Shown here: piece after piece, positions 63,465 to 64,000 of the stretch
Position numbering within the stretch: position 1 is the first letter of the stretch
Layout: each line of letters begins with the position of its first letter
Source: an uncultured Candidatus Saccharibacteria bacterium
Lineage (GTDB): Bacteria; Patescibacteriota; Minisyncoccia; Minisyncoccales; CAZVLR01
Length of the DNA: 64,000 nt
Assembly (NCBI GenBank): GCA_964628095.1
Contig: CAZVLR010000002.1
Coordinates: 12,795 to 76,794, forward strand
Direction: 5' to 3'
The notes under the pieces: generated by a model
The model's database searches: none
Told to the model about the DNA's origin: nothing
The model's input: the letters and a program-made list of their open reading frames with translations, nothing else
Translations under genes and position numbers: made by a program

Positions 63465-64000
63465 AGCAAAAAATTCAAGCAATTATTATGGCCGCGGGCG
63501 AATCTTCCCGTTTTTGGCCATTTAACCAAAAACACAAATCACTTTTTAAGGTAATGGGCAAACCATTGCTTTGCTATGTGATTGATGGCTTGCATGCCTG
63601 CGGGGTAAAAGAAATTGTGATTGTCCAAAACCATAAAGGCGACATCGAAAAGGAATTGAAAAACTGCAATTTGCCTTTAAAGATAAAATACGCGACTCAA
63701 AAAAAGCCAACGGGCACGGGCGACGCCATTTTGGCTGCCAAAAATCTGATTAACGGCCCCTTTTTCGTTTTGAACGCTGAAAGGATTGATTGTGCTGATT
63801 ATGTAAGGCTTATGATGGAGAAATCTAAGGGTACTAAAGCTAAAGCTGTATTGTTGGCCGGGCCCACGGCAACTCCTTGGATTTTCGGTATTTTAAAATT
63901 AAAAGGCGATAAGGTGATGGGCTTGGTTGAAAAGCCTAAAAAGGGCAAAGAGTCTTCCAATTTAAAAATCGTTGGCATTTATTTGCTGCCCAAAGAATTT
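63461..64000 (+). CDS. sugar-phosphate nucleotidyltransferase (3' end off-window; not in the ORF track)
   Basis: Hand translation from ATG 63461 (ATGA overlap with the upstream stop) gives MKQKIQAIIMAAGESSRFWPF...KPLLCYVIDGL...KPTGTGDAIL. No stop codon occurs before the window end. MAAGxxxR is the NTP-transferase signature. Confidence 0.8.
   Translation, partial: MKQKIQAIIMAAGESSRFWPFNQKHKSLFKVMGKPLLCYVIDGLHACGVKEIVIVQNHKGDIEKELKNCNLPLKIKYATQKKPTGTGDAILAAKNLINGPFFVLNAERIDCADYVRLMMEKSKGTKAKAVLLAGPTATPWIFGILKLKGDKVMGLVEKPKKGKESSNLKIVGIYLLPKEF

Noticed and set aside
1-64000. CRISPR arrays, transposases, integrases, prophage genes, rRNA operons
   Set aside because: I scanned both strands and the ORF track. 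I found no spaced direct-repeat array, no DDE or tyrosine/serine recombinase-like protein, and no rRNA-like conserved stretches.

Overview
The window reads as a compact, AT-rich, housekeeping-dense stretch of a reduced bacterial genome. A Patescibacteria/CPR-like origin is my inference from short aaRS and IF-2 forms, near-absence of Shine-Dalgarno sites and VirB2-like pilin arrays; it is not proven. I support about 65 CDS. These include six aaRS genes (argS, ileS, valS, glyQS, metG, leuS), infC-rpmI-rplT, infB-rbfA, rplS, rpsA-like S1, gyrA, recG, recO, ftsH, htrA, tsaD, rsmI, glmS, iorAB and polX. I also support 15 tRNAs and one tmRNA next to smpB. I saw no rRNA, CRISPR array, transposase or integrase. 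No single obvious novel multi-gene system stands out, but several observations deserve a second look:

- **tRNA/mRNA junctions.** tRNA and tmRNA genes abut coding genes at 0-8 nt. The recG and rluD-like ATGs each sit 1 nt after a tRNA discriminator base, and the rplS stop codon touches a tRNA 5' end.
- **Leaderless starts.** Many native genes have a -10 box 7-8 nt upstream of the ATG and no SD.
- **SD-led GC-rich islets.** GGAGG-type SDs occur almost only in GC-richer insertions: a zinc-ribbon gene, two small Cys-containing proteins and a purB/purE-like/purC cassette. In the PurE homolog both conserved histidines are replaced.
- **Unusual tRNAs.** These are Ile(UAU), Arg(GCG), and three tRNAs with a UGCAA T-loop (G55 in place of U55).
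- **Pilin-like array.** Four tandem VirB2/TrbC-like genes with no other T4SS gene in view.
- **Signalling cluster.** Two paralogous membrane plus coiled-coil proteins without an output domain, followed by a soluble sensor-like protein, a PAS histidine kinase and two stand-alone receivers.

All coordinates, cloverleaf folds and GC counts were done by hand. Family assignments rest on motifs visible in the translations.
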